Below are positions 26,601 through 39,200 of a stretch of 64,000 nt of DNA, one piece after another. Where the stretch lies: positions 62,001-126,000 of the forward strand of contig NOWV01000195.1 of NCBI GenBank assembly GCA_003344405.1, read 5' to 3'. Under the pieces are notes generated by a model. The model saw only the letters and a list, made by a program, of their open reading frames with translations, was not told the origin of the DNA and made no database searches. A program made the position numbers and the translations under genes. How positions within the stretch are numbered: the first letter of the stretch is position 1; every line of letters begins with the position of its first letter. Origin of the DNA: Trichoplax sp. H2. Lineage: Eukaryota.

Positions 26601-29600
26601 TAAAGGTTTAAATTCACTACTAACTCTGTAAGCATCATATTTTAATCTGATAATTTACTGATATTTTCATGGCTGTATCCAATTTAAGAAAATTTCAAAT
26701 AGCCAAAGACATAAATTTAACGTACAATTTAAATCGGTTTCGTGATAATTAAGATCAACGTAACAAAACGTGAATAATGATGATAGTTTATGCAATTGAA
26801 GGTTAATTCAATATCGGTGTAGTAATTTTCTGGATAATTGCTTAATCTATAAAATTGACCTGCGTTTCAATAGGGATTTAAGCCAGCAATTTATCAAGAC
26901 CTTACCATATACTGCATTAAAGCCAATGACTAAACTATACAGNNNNNNNNNNNNNNNNNNNNAGATAGAAATTGAAGTGTTATGGTGTTTGTTATTGATG
27001 GAAATTGATGTGTTATGATGTTTGTTAGTAAGGTGTTTTGATGATCAACTGTCCTTAGTTATTTTGTATGTATTCGAATAGGAGGATAGACTAGATAACT
27101 ATAAATCTTGATGATGTGCAACCTTTGTGTTAGAGAGTTGTTTATGCTGACACGATTTGTAGTCGTGTTGTAAGATTATTACTGGATAGGAGGTTATGGT
27201 TGTGAGATCTCCTACGTGAGATTAATGTAAATAGTAAATATCTTAGAAAGTATATAAAGGCTAACTATGATGCCATGTGGACGAGGAGAAAGGCATAGAA
27301 AAGAATAAACTGTAGTGATAGTTATCTGTTCAAAAGCCTACGCTCAACTACTTGTGTAATCGAGTAACCTAGTGACGGTCAAAGAAGTGTAGTCCCACAC
27401 CCGAGAAGTTAGTGTTCTAATAGGAAGCGTAGTTCCAGTAGCACTTGTTCAGTGTCGGGATTGTACCGTACTTAGCTAAGTTTTACACGATTAGTAGAGA
27501 TCCTGTGTCACAAAAACGTGGTTGTGACAGCATCATATTTCAATCTGATAATTTACTGATATTTTCATGGCTGTATCCAATTTAAGAAAATTTCAAATAG
27601 CCAAAGACATAAATTTAACGTACAATCTAAATCGGTTTCGTGATAATTAAGATCAACGTAACAAAACGTGAATAATGATGATAGTTTATGCAATTGAAGG
27701 TTAATTCAATATCGGTGTAGTAATTTTCTGGATAATTGCTTAATCTATAAAATTGACCTGCGTTTCAATAGGGATTTAAGCCAGCAATTTATCAAGACCT
27801 TACCATATACTGCATTAAAGCCAATGACTAAACTATACAGCCTGTAAGTTATCAGAGTATTATGAACTAACGAAGATAGCGTTTGTTATGGTAATCTTGG
27901 GTAAAATATTAGAATTCCTAATTAAATGGTTTCGCGCATACATTTTTAAATCCGATTTTATTGATTATCATCATCTTCAACTGGAATTAACTACAGAAAT
28001 CTTGAAGGTAATTCCATTACATCCCTTGGACAAGGCCAGTTTCAGATACCAAGTTTGCAAATTTTGTAAGCTTATACTGAGTAACATTTCATAATTTTTT
28101 ATCCTAATTAGCAAATTGTTTTATTTAAAGCTTTTAAGTAATATGACCTAACATTTACTTCTAAATTCATCAAGGTTAATGAACAGTAATAAACTCTCCT
28201 CAATTAATAAAGCTGACTTTAAAGGGCTACCTAAACTACAAATACTGTAAGTATACATTTACAGTTTTAGGAAATACAATAACCTAATAGATATGAAATG
28301 CTATTTACCATCCGTACTATGGTACAACAAGCTAGAATATCAAATATTACCTGTGATAACTACCAGTAAAAATTTTAAAGAATTAAATACTAATCACATT
28401 TACATGCTCTCAGAAACTTAGATTTTAATCAAATTGTCAATATCGGAGAGGCAGGGTTTAATGCTCTACCTGTACTAAATCAATTGTAAGTCATTCTTGT
28501 AATGTTGTATTTTTACGATCCCTATAAGAACTTTATTTTATAAAATGCCTGACTTGCGAATCAGAAACTAATGTAAACAATAATTGTGATTATTGAGTAA
28601 AGTATTTTAACCAAGCACCTATTTACTAATAACTAATTCTTTCAAATAGACGAATAAGTCACAATGCTCTTCGCATGATTCCTGCAACTTCATTTTCTAA
28701 TTCTCCAAATATTCAGTTGCTGTAAGTTAACTGCTTGTTGATTGGATTCAACATGCTCTAATCTTTACGAAGACGAAAGGCTACTAGCCTATGTAAAATA
28801 CTAATGCCAGAATTATATTTCTAAAATATTAAATATTTAGATCAATTTTAAAAAGCAAATCTTATATCTAAAGACTACAATATAATATACTAGTATATAT
28901 AGTATACTACAACTCCTTTAAATTTCTTCCTTTGCGTAGCGATTTAAGCTATAACTACTTTGGAGGAAGCCTTAGCCTAGCTTTACCATCTCCAAGCAAT
29001 ATTACAAAGCTGTAAGAGCATTTCTAATTGTTGATAACGTTTAAAACTCCTTTTATCGTATCGGAATATTCTCGAGCGTATAATATCTATAAGTTTCTAA
29101 ATTAGAATAATTGGAAAATACTTGATAATATATAACGAAACTAAATTTGACGATAATAGAAAATATAAACCAATGTAAAAAAGGAAGCAACCATACTAAT
29201 TTGTCCTATTCCTGGATATAGATATCTGAATGGCAATTATTTCAATTCCATTCATAAAAATACTTTCCAGCATATGGCAAAGTTAATAAGCCTGTAAGCA
29301 TTAATTTAATGCTACTTCTAAATGTATACTTGTGTGTGTCTGCTAGTTCTAATGATAGTAAGAAGGTCAAAATTGTGACATACGAATATATTACAGTCAT
29401 GCTATGATTTCATGATTTTATTTCATAATTTAACTTCAGCTTGTGAATTGACTCAATCTATTTACGGAATTGTAATATTAGGGACATATCATCTAACTGC
29501 ATCGATCAAATTGCAGATGATGCATTTTCAAATTTGAAGAGTCTTATATCCTTGTGAGTACTAATATAAGCAATTATCAAATTCAATTTACAGATGATTT

Positions 29601-31148
29601 TTGAGGCATATAGAAGTGAAGTTGCTTATTTAGGATAGGTTTCAGTTGTAGATTTCGTAAAATCGTAAATAACAATTCCTGATGATTTTAAAATTTAATT
29701 CAGCATTTCAGACAACGCTAACTTGTATATTGCATACAGTACCAACTTATTTTTTAAGTTTAAGCTTAAAATCTAATCATATTCCAATTACTAAGCTTGT
29801 ATTACGAAGTGATGAGAGCAATTTAATATTAAAGCAAACTAATTGATTCGAAATATCTACTAGTGTCGCAAGCTGATATCAATATTTCCTTTCTACGAAA
29901 TCTGAACTGACTTAAATTGCATATTTTCACTGTCAATCGGATTCAATGTACCGTTCTCTTTGCATACTAGTACATAAATCTATCACATATTCAATATAAT
30001 AGCAATTATTTTAAAGTAGAATTACATCTTTATTAGTGATAACCGATATGAGAAGACGAATATTGATCTTATATTTTGCTATTTTGTAAAGAAATTTAAT
30101 GAACAATGCTTTGAATGCTATTCATTCGAACACATTTAATGGCTTAAATCAATTGCAAAATCTGTAAGTTGGAAATATAGCAGCGATTAAATATGAATCT
30201 GAAGCTATGTCTTCAATGGGAAATCTCATGTTACAGTAAAACAAAACAATTCCAATTGCTATGCGCTTACGATATCTTTAGTTGCACCAATTAATGGAAT
30301 ATATTGATTACACAATTAAGTAATCAATTTTTTAATTTAGCTGCTGTGTAAAACTATTTAATCTTAAAGTCCCATTTCAATCTGCATTCAAAAATTTAGC
30401 AAAATTGAAAATAATCCACTAGCTTGTGTGCCCGCTCAAGCATTTTTGAAACTATCACAATTATCGATTGTGTAAGTATTGCAATATAAACAAAAACAGA
30501 GCTTCGAAAGCTAGTTCCATCTTTTCCGCTTATCGAACGTAAAATTTCATGTTTAATTCAACAATTAGTTATACGACATTTTATCAAGTCTGCTGTCAAC
30601 TCCCAACTACTGTAACTTGCGATTATGTTGGCGCCTTTAATTGTTCTGAACATCAACTGCCAAATTCTTGTGCAGGCAATAATTCTAATGCAATTCTATC
30701 TCGTTGTAAGCTATTGAGGTGAGACTGCAGCCATGAAAATACTAAAGGATCGCACTTAAATCATTGCAAGTTTCAATCTAGTAGGAAGACCTTATCCAAT
30801 CAATTTACTTATTTATATCGTAAAATTGTAACGGAACCACCGAATATCGTTTCATAGCTATTGTAACCCTTGACGCATTTATTTACCAATGCAACTGTTT
30901 AAACTGAATTTAGTCGAACTGATATTTAAATCACATGACTATAGGCTGATTAAGATGATAATGTATAAAAGGGCTGTAAAAATTAACTTCATCTCTTTCT
31001 TTAAAATTTTATTAGCACGCCATCACTTAAACCAACAAAAGCCGTAACTGCAACAAAGAACGGTGCATCTGGACTATATACTATTGTAAATCATATAGCG
31101 AGCGCCATTTTCTTGAGTATAGTGGTTACAATCTCGGAAATCTTGTAA
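23700..31148 (+). CDS. LRR cell-surface protein paralog 3 (14 LRR exons, GPI-type tail), ~483 aa
   Basis: Exons 23700-23751 (MKTVQLVILLIFFQAQT), 25543-25654 (QCPKKCKCIFGQVSC). LRR exons start at 25865, 26101, 26346, 26556, 27772 (partial allelic copy at 26874), 27997 (69), 28175, 28414, 28650, 28940, 29222, 29482, 30092, 30400. Cap 30569-30718 (YTTFYQVCCQLPTTVTC...). Last exon 31016-31148 (..ATKNGASGLYTIVNHIASAIFLSIVVTISEIL*). Total 1452 nt. Spans an assembly gap. Confidence 0.88.
24307..24626. repeat. Degenerate tandem duplication, ~170-bp unit x2, intron 1 of paralog 3
   Basis: ATAAATCTCAATG(C/G)ATTCCTTTAA ... AACATTTTGA occurs twice. Confidence 0.6.
26632..27840. repeat. Allelic duplication around gap 26943-26962, including an LRR exon
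   Basis: 26632-26942 is nearly identical to 27530-27840. Confidence 0.85.
26963..27529. mobile_element. LTR-like element, family C, end (intron of paralog 3; one allele only)
   Basis: Ends ..GTTGTGACA|GCATCATAT. The empty allele reads exon|GTAA-GCATCATAT at ~26628-26640. Flank 26632-26942 is repeated at 27530-27840. Terminal 8-bp inverted repeat TGTCACAA..TTGTGACA. Confidence 0.65.
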
Positions 31149-32547
31149 TCTTAAGATAATCAATCTTACATTTAAATATTTCAATTAAATTTACTTATCA
31201 CAGTGGCTATTTATACTTTGTAGATAAAGCCTAAAATATCTACATCAGCTTTTGATTTTCATGCATGAAGAATAGCAGGATAAATTTGATTTTAATGCAG
31301 TCTAGATTGCTGCAATTTTGATCAGGGAATTATTCTGCTTGTTTCATTATTTGCGCATATCCATTTTTATTTTACATGGCTGATTCATTAATGAAGTTGA
31401 TCGTACCTTATTTGTATGGCGATAGTAAACTGCCTCATATAATTTCTAAAAATAATTTATCTATATTTTCCTTACCGTTTTGAGAGTCCGTTTATTGTAC
31501 ACTCAAGCTATCTAATACGAATGAATAGTGTTTCTTTTGGTGATACAAAATCGAAGAGTTGATTTACGAAATATGATCTAAGTCAACAAAATCGAACTTT
31601 AGTAGTGTAGTAAGTAGTCTTCGATAGACCAAATGACTCTTAGAAAGAGTAGATGAAACTACTTTTGGCAAGATCTCTGAGCTAACCCTTATAGGTAAAT
31701 GGTTATCAACAGATTCTTACGTATGCTCTTTCACGTAAACTTTGTCACAGCAGCTACTTTTAAAATTATTCTGGAACAATTCTACTTCTTCATTTATTTC
31801 AGGCTTATGCATCGTGACGCAATTTGTCATTTTTCTTATTATTCTTGTTCTTTAGACTGTATTATAATCAACACTAACCGAAGTAATATTTGATAATGTT
31901 AATCCAATCTATTGACTATTCCTATTGCAATTGATACAATTTATAAGGACAACAGCAATTAAAGTAACTAAACTCGATAGCAAAGGAAAATTACTATATT
32001 TACCTTTAATGTAATCTATTATAGCTGTTATTAAGCCAATAGCTGATTCTAACCACTGTAAAGTTAATTATCGTGCGATATTATAGCAATATGACTAGTG
32101 CAAAATGATAACGTGGTTACAGACAAAATAGAAAGCTTTTATACTAGAAACTGAAAATTAACCATCATTAATTTAGTTGAAGTCTTCCTTTAATCCTGAA
32201 ATCTATAAGAAATACTACAAGCTATCGTTTATGCCATTAAGTAGTGCTATAATTCATCAGATATCTTTATTCATGGATTTAAATTTTTAAATATCGTTAA
32301 AAATTGAAAAATAATCTCGTATAATTTAGCATTATCACTTATAGATGCTGTTTACTTTATTGTTCTTACAAAATATAGTGTGCGGTATATTACGTAAAAC
32401 TCATATCCAGAGACAGTTCTTTTTTATTATCTACGATTTTATTAATTTATTGAGCATTTTAATGAATTACGAGACGTACCTAAGGTTATTTTAGTATCGT
32501 AACTAATAAACACACTATACATAACATAATAATATATACCATGCATC

Positions 32548-32903
32548 ACTATTTTTATGTTTCTCTTAGACGTAAAATAACAAATATCACTATCTATATT
32601 TTCCTGCTTTAGGAATCATGCCTAAGGTTAACGTAATCATTTAGCCAATAAGACATACTATCTATAACATGGAAGCATCTTTATGTCGTGAAGTGTCATT
32701 TTTATCTTTCTTTATGACGTGAAATAATAATAAATATCACTGTTTAAATTTAACAGTATTAAAAAACATAGCTAAGGCTAATTAAATCATCACAGCCAAT
32801 AAACATACTATCCATAACATAAAAACATCTATATGCCATGAAGCGTTATTTTTATGATTCATTTTGATGTAAAATAACAAACATCATTGTTTAAATTCAG
32901 CAG
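32548..32903. repeat. Degenerate tandem repeat, ~150-bp unit x~2.3, upstream of paralog 4
   Basis: Recurring GA(C/T)GT(A/G)AAATAA...ATCA(C/T)T and AGCCAATAA..ACATACTATC(T/C)ATAACAT blocks. Confidence 0.6.
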
Positions 32904-33248
32904 ATGGGTTAATTAAATACTTCAAATATGATAATACTCAATTATTTTAATAATGATATAGAAGCTGCTTCATCGATAGTCTGTATTAGAACAATGCATA
33001 ATATCAGACAGCGACGTGTCATTATGATACCATTATACAATGGAAATGATTATGCCCATATCAATTCAAGAACTAATTAACAGTTCAATTCATGGTATTC
33101 CATCTGTGACTACTAGATGTTAATATCCAGTACTAATTATTAATTGTCCCCTCAACGATAATATCAAGCACTCATTCAGGACATGTTACCAAGGCTTCAA
33201 TTGGTATAAGTGATTTACAGTCTAGCAGTCCCAGACCTACATCTAAAA

Positions 33249-36200
33249 ATGGCTGTCATATCTATCCGGAAGATTGCTGCTATCATCTCTTTCATCGTGT
33301 TATATCTATCGTCAGGTTATCTATTAAATGTATATCGTAGAAATTTTATATCCGATACTATCATCACCCTTTACTTTAAGATTGAACGTTTTTACTGCGA
33401 CATAATTGATTGTTAGACCTTTAAACGCGACGGGAAGATTTTGGTGTGCTTTAAGAAGTATTTATGATAACAATAATAATGTGTATACAGTAGGGTTTCG
33501 TTCACGTATCATTTTTGTGTCAACTTACCGATGTCCATCAGCTTTATCACGTAGAATTGTACGTATTGATTTTACAAATAGCGTTATCTGCTTTGAAAGA
33601 TTTGGTTTATTCACTATGCTACCCTGGAAAGGATAATTTAAGAAAAACAAAATGGTTAAATCTAATACAGATTAATTGAATATTGNNNNNNNNNNNNNNN
33701 NNNNNGCTATTTCTCCCAGTACTGTCAGTTTCTATGAGAGAAGTATTTGAGAACTCGATTTCTCGGCTGATCTCCACAGACAACTGACTAATTATTACAC
33801 TATTCTTCACGATATGAGTCTTGCCGTTTCTTGAGCAATTACTTTCTTTATTCTACAAACACACGCGCTTAAATAGGTTTCTACAGTGAATTCCAATATT
33901 AACGAGTGAGAATTCATGCTTTACAAGTTACATTAATTAGTATAATACCATTACTAAATATACATGTCGATATTCTCAGACTTAGATAGCTACAAGCTAT
34001 CAGGTGTTAAGACGCTTAACCTTCATCCATATACAGCTCAATTTTTAGAGATTAACATACCTTATAAACCTACAGTAAATTAACTGCTAACAACTTCTAT
34101 TTTTATCTCATTTCTACCATCCTATTATCAGCTACAAGCGCAATAAAACATAGCACATAACCTTATCTTATCTATTCATAAGCATTCATTAATTTACAGT
34201 TACTTAATTAGTAACGGCGTACCGTGACAACTATCATCACCCTTTACTTTTTAAGATTGAACGTTTTTACTGCGACATAATTGATTGTTAGACCTTTAAA
34301 CGCGACAGGAAGATTTTGGTGTGCTTTAAGAAGTACTAGTGCAAACTCCCGTCGCTTTGCTATCAGCTTTATCACGTAGAATTGTACGTATTGATTTTAC
34401 AAATAGCGTTATCTGCTTTGAAAGATTTGATTTATTCACTATGCTACCCTGGAAAGGATAATTTAAGAAAAGCAAGATGGTTAAATCTAATACAGATTAA
34501 TTGAATATTGACCAAGAAATTTATAATTGCGCCCAACTTGCCATGCTTAATTTTCTCTACCTACTTTATAGTACGTCACTTTTCAATCAAATAGCGAGTG
34601 CTATAATTGATAATATAAACCGTTAAAGCAAAGTTGAGGATTATATGCTCCTAAAATAAATTTGGTTCAATTTTAGCACTAATGTTATAATAAAATATTC
34701 TCAATACATAATTCGAGGTAATTGAATCTACCTATTTCATGATTTGAAATACATAATAATCCTATCAGATATGGAAAATTTTAACATTTTTATCCGGTAT
34801 CAAATGGTTACTCGATAAGAAATGACGATATACCGGCATTTAAGTTGATTTATTTGAATCAATCCAGTTTATCCTAAAATCAGTAAACTATCTACTCGAC
34901 AGATTAATATTAATCACCGCTATGGCACAGTTGTAAATATTTCTGGGAGCTTGAATTAGTACAGAAGATCTTGCGATTAAAACTTAAATTACACTAAGAA
35001 ATATCATTGTACTTAAAATTAGAATAGAATATGGAAAGTGATAATTGATTTAGACAAGATTATGCGTCCCTTTACACTTCATGGCAGGCAGTATCATGCT
35101 GATTATTATTCTATCCAGGGATTCTGATCGTCTTGTCTTAATTATTGTTGAATCTTCCTCCTGTACTATCAAATGTCATAAAATCGATTTCCTTAAGTCC
35201 AATTTAGGGAGTTGGCTATGCTACCTGTCCGACAAACTTCTACTCTTAACTCTATTCTGCCTTTCACTATCTTACTATCTCACGTTGTTCTCATTCTATA
35301 CTGTAAACTTATATGTATTTTCCTCTATATTGACTTCATTAAAACTGCTACATACTCCGGACTTTTCAGCACAATTCCTTGCTGATATAGCGGAACTACA
35401 ATATTCACAAGCAATAGCATCCAAAAAATATATACACTGTACTAACTTCTAGACTGAAGTATCACACGGATGATATTTAGAAACTGCAATCACAGACTGT
35501 CTGTCTGAATAAGCATTTCTTGCGCATTCAACGAGTATTTGATGCCCTTGACAGAGGCGTTTTTAATCATTAGGGTGTTATTCAGATCTACTATATAAAT
35601 AAATAAATACGAGATAGTTTAAGTTATAATGAGCAATACTCTTAATATAAGTGTAGTAAAGCCAATTCTGAAGGGTCCACAATAAATCAGTTGTCACGGT
35701 AGTGAATCTACCGTGATGAATGATAACTTACTTAATTTAGACATGTATATGTATCACGTTACGATAGTTATTAATTTGGATATGTACACGAATTATTTTA
35801 TGACTTAATATGGCCGATACAAACCTATTCCTAATACAGGTTAAATTATACTAATTATGGTACATGAATTGTCAATGGTAAATTCTATATAAATCCTATT
35901 AATTGTAAGCTAGGGCCAACATAAAGTTAATCTATAGTAATATTAAAAATTCATTGAATTAGACTAGGAATAATTTAATGTATTCATGAAGTCTTATTGG
36001 TCGAAATATATCACACATCGTAAACTGGTTTCATGGCTAAAAAAGCTATTTAAATGATTGATTTTGAATATTAAATTAGACTTGCATTTTCTAGAATAAA
36101 GATATAGTTAGAAGATTCTGAAAGTGCATTTCTCAGTTATCGTTACTTATATTCATTAGTTTACAGCCAGAATAATCACGTGGAATAAAATATAGTTCTA

Positions 36201-39200
36201 CTCGATTCCATGCTCCTAGCGCATATAAATGTGCGATTTTTCACAATTTCTACGAAATTTGCTGCATCTATTGTTACTCAAGCATAAAAAGAAAACAAAT
36301 TATTTTAATAAAGATAATAAATTTACTTATTTGATCGAACCACTTTCACAAGATTTCTATCTCCAAGTTACCTACGAAGCTTTGTCATACTACAAAAGTA
36401 CAGTTCCTATTTATTTTATTACTTTAGTATATAATATAATGATTTTGTCGATACTGTTAATAATATCATATCTACAGTAGTCATTATCAATCGAGTTCAT
36501 CTGTTATTCTGTAACCTATACAATAAAATTCTTCGCGTTTACTTTCCTGTAGATTTGATACAGCCTATTAAAATATCAAGTCAGATCTTTGTACAATAAT
36601 ATGAAGCCTGACGCAATCTTATTGAGTAATAATAATGATAATAGTAATGAATAGCCACATTAAAACCATTTCAGTAACGATTTTTGAATCATGAGATCCA
36701 TCGATACAATTTGAAAATTAAAAATTTTAAAAATCTTAATTATAAATCTTAGTAAGTTACAGTATAATTGTCTAGAGGTAAATACAATATTACTAAGTTC
36801 GTATTCAGCCTTGCTAATTACGTAATTAGTCTAAAATCTGACATTTAGCCACCCTATCCTTATCAAATCTCTAATTCTCCCAACTAAAATAAAGTGTTAA
36901 TCAATAACAATCTCGGTACTTTGCCATGATTTAGACGTAATCTTTCTGCTTTCCGGCCATACAGAACATTTAAACCTAGTATTATAGAGCTAATATATAC
37001 TAAGACCGGCCTTCAATATCAAGGCCAAGTCATACAATAAAGTAACTAAAGCCTACTTAAGTATGTTGAAGACTAATTGCGTAGCAATATAGTGGATTGA
37101 TTTAAGTGTATAGGCTTTATTAAACTTAATGTAAGCTGATATTGACTTCTGGCTATAGCAATAATTCACAAATCTGTTCATAGTAGATGATCCTGAACTT
37201 GCTAATTAAATTTTGATGCATTATCTTATCATCTATATCAAGTCAAGATAAATATATAAATTACCTTCTTCATTCTTTGCAGTGCGTTCACAATGTCCAG
37301 CTTCCTGCCACTGCAACACCACTCATGTAGTTTGTTCTATAGTTAAGGCAGTACCGATACCGGAGCAGAATATGTCAACAATTCAAGTTCTGTAAGGCAA
37401 TATATTTGTGCACGTATTCCTACAGCAATCATCGCTTAATTAATAATTATACTGAGTTATAATAACATGAACCAACAAAATAAACATGAAATTAAAACAC
37501 ACTTTTCAAATTTCCTTTCGCCAATTTAGATCAATTCCTTTCTCTTCTATTGCCTACCTTACTCAAGACAACTTTGCCAAATATTCAAATTTACAAGCTA
37601 TGTAAGAAATTTGTAAATAAAATAATTGGAACATTAAGTAAGCAATAAATGATAATATCCACTGCAATGGTATTCAATTTTCTGTAGGAGCAAACATACG
37701 TACTTACAACTTATGTCACGAACATTCTGCTATTCGTATTGCTGCAGAAATGATAGAATTATTATAATTAATTCTCAATTAAATAAATAAATAAGTGTAG
37801 CTTCTACAAAATTCTACTTGTTGTCAGCCATTACTCAGCAATCAACATTTCAATACGTAATATTTTGAAATAGAAAGCTTTAACTTTAGATCTGAACCTT
37901 GTGACGTATAAAAAAATACTATTTTTATTCTACTAAACTAAAGCTGGCACATTTTGGCCTTGTTTAATATCGGAAACTGATTAGTACAATTTAATATTCT
38001 TTAAGAGATTTAACCGGAAATCAAATAACCAAAATTGAAAGTAATGTCTTTTCTGGATTGCATTTATTGACTCGCTTGTAAGACAATACACCATTTTTTC
38101 AAGATAAACTTTTTAACATTACAATTAGTATATTCCCTCAGTGACAGTTGTTCATTCTGTAATATTATATAAGTATCGATATAATATTATTGATAGAATA
38201 TTCTATCGATACAATGCGTATTACGTTTATTTCTTGATCTTAAGGCATAATTGATATGAAAAAAATGAGTAAGAAATTAAATCCTTTGCTATCAAAATTT
38301 AGAAATTTAGGAAACAATGAAATAAATTCGCTGGAAGATGGAGCATTTACCGATTTGGCATCTCTAGTAGTTTTGTAAGTAAAATTAAATGCATTTTTAG
38401 AGAAAGATAAATGCAAAGGCATATAGTACAATTAATCTATACGATAAGAAGGCTATCAAATAGCAATTATTTTAATATTTAATAGTGATAGTCAATTTTA
38501 AAATATGACTTGGTATTATGACATAGAATTCTGAGAACTAAGTCAGATTCCGCTACTATGATCTCATTGATATTCGATTCTGCTTTAAGAAGAATAAAAT
38601 ACTCCTTATTAAATAAAATGCATATATAACATAATAACATAATTAAAGCAGATTTCGAAAGAATCTATCAAGAAGTGATGTTACAACATTTTAATACCAC
38701 AAGCTTCTCTAATAACTCAAGAGCAACTGAGATATAAGGGAAAAGTTCGTAGTAGCAGTACATATAGAATAAAATATGTACACTTTTACAAGGTATTCAG
38801 TAAATAAGTCTTACAAACGATGCCTGAAGTTGTTTTGATTAATCATAGTATTTTCATAATTTCTGTACTCTACATTTTCCATTTTTCTTGATAGTAAAAC
38901 TGACTGCTTTGCTAATCCTTGATTTTTTTTTGGAGAATAAACATAATTAATTACATCATAATTTTTATAAGCAAATTCATTTGAGATATTGGTATTCATT
39001 TAGCATTTACTGTATAGCAAAGAATAGTTGACCTATTATCCAAAATTTTAGGGATTTATCTTTTAATTATATCACTACGATATCCGAAGCGAAATTTAAT
39101 CTACCAAATTTGCGCACTTTGTAAGTCTGTCTTAAATAATTACGTTTTAATTGCAAATTGTATGAGCGTATAATTAATTATTCCCAAAAAATTAATTTTA

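Noticed and set aside
26874..26942. Apparent duplicated LRR exon (DLSQQFIKTLPYTALKPMTKLY) suggesting mutually exclusive exons
   Set aside because: Identical to 27772-27840 including the intron flank, and abuts an N-gap; best explained as the second haplotype.
35081..35452. 123-aa ORF and other short hydrophobic ORFs in the track (e.g. 36229, 40148, 44019, 47277, 51744)
   Set aside because: Low-complexity translations of AT-rich intron/intergenic DNA. Some merely overlap a real 69-72 nt exon or are antisense to one.
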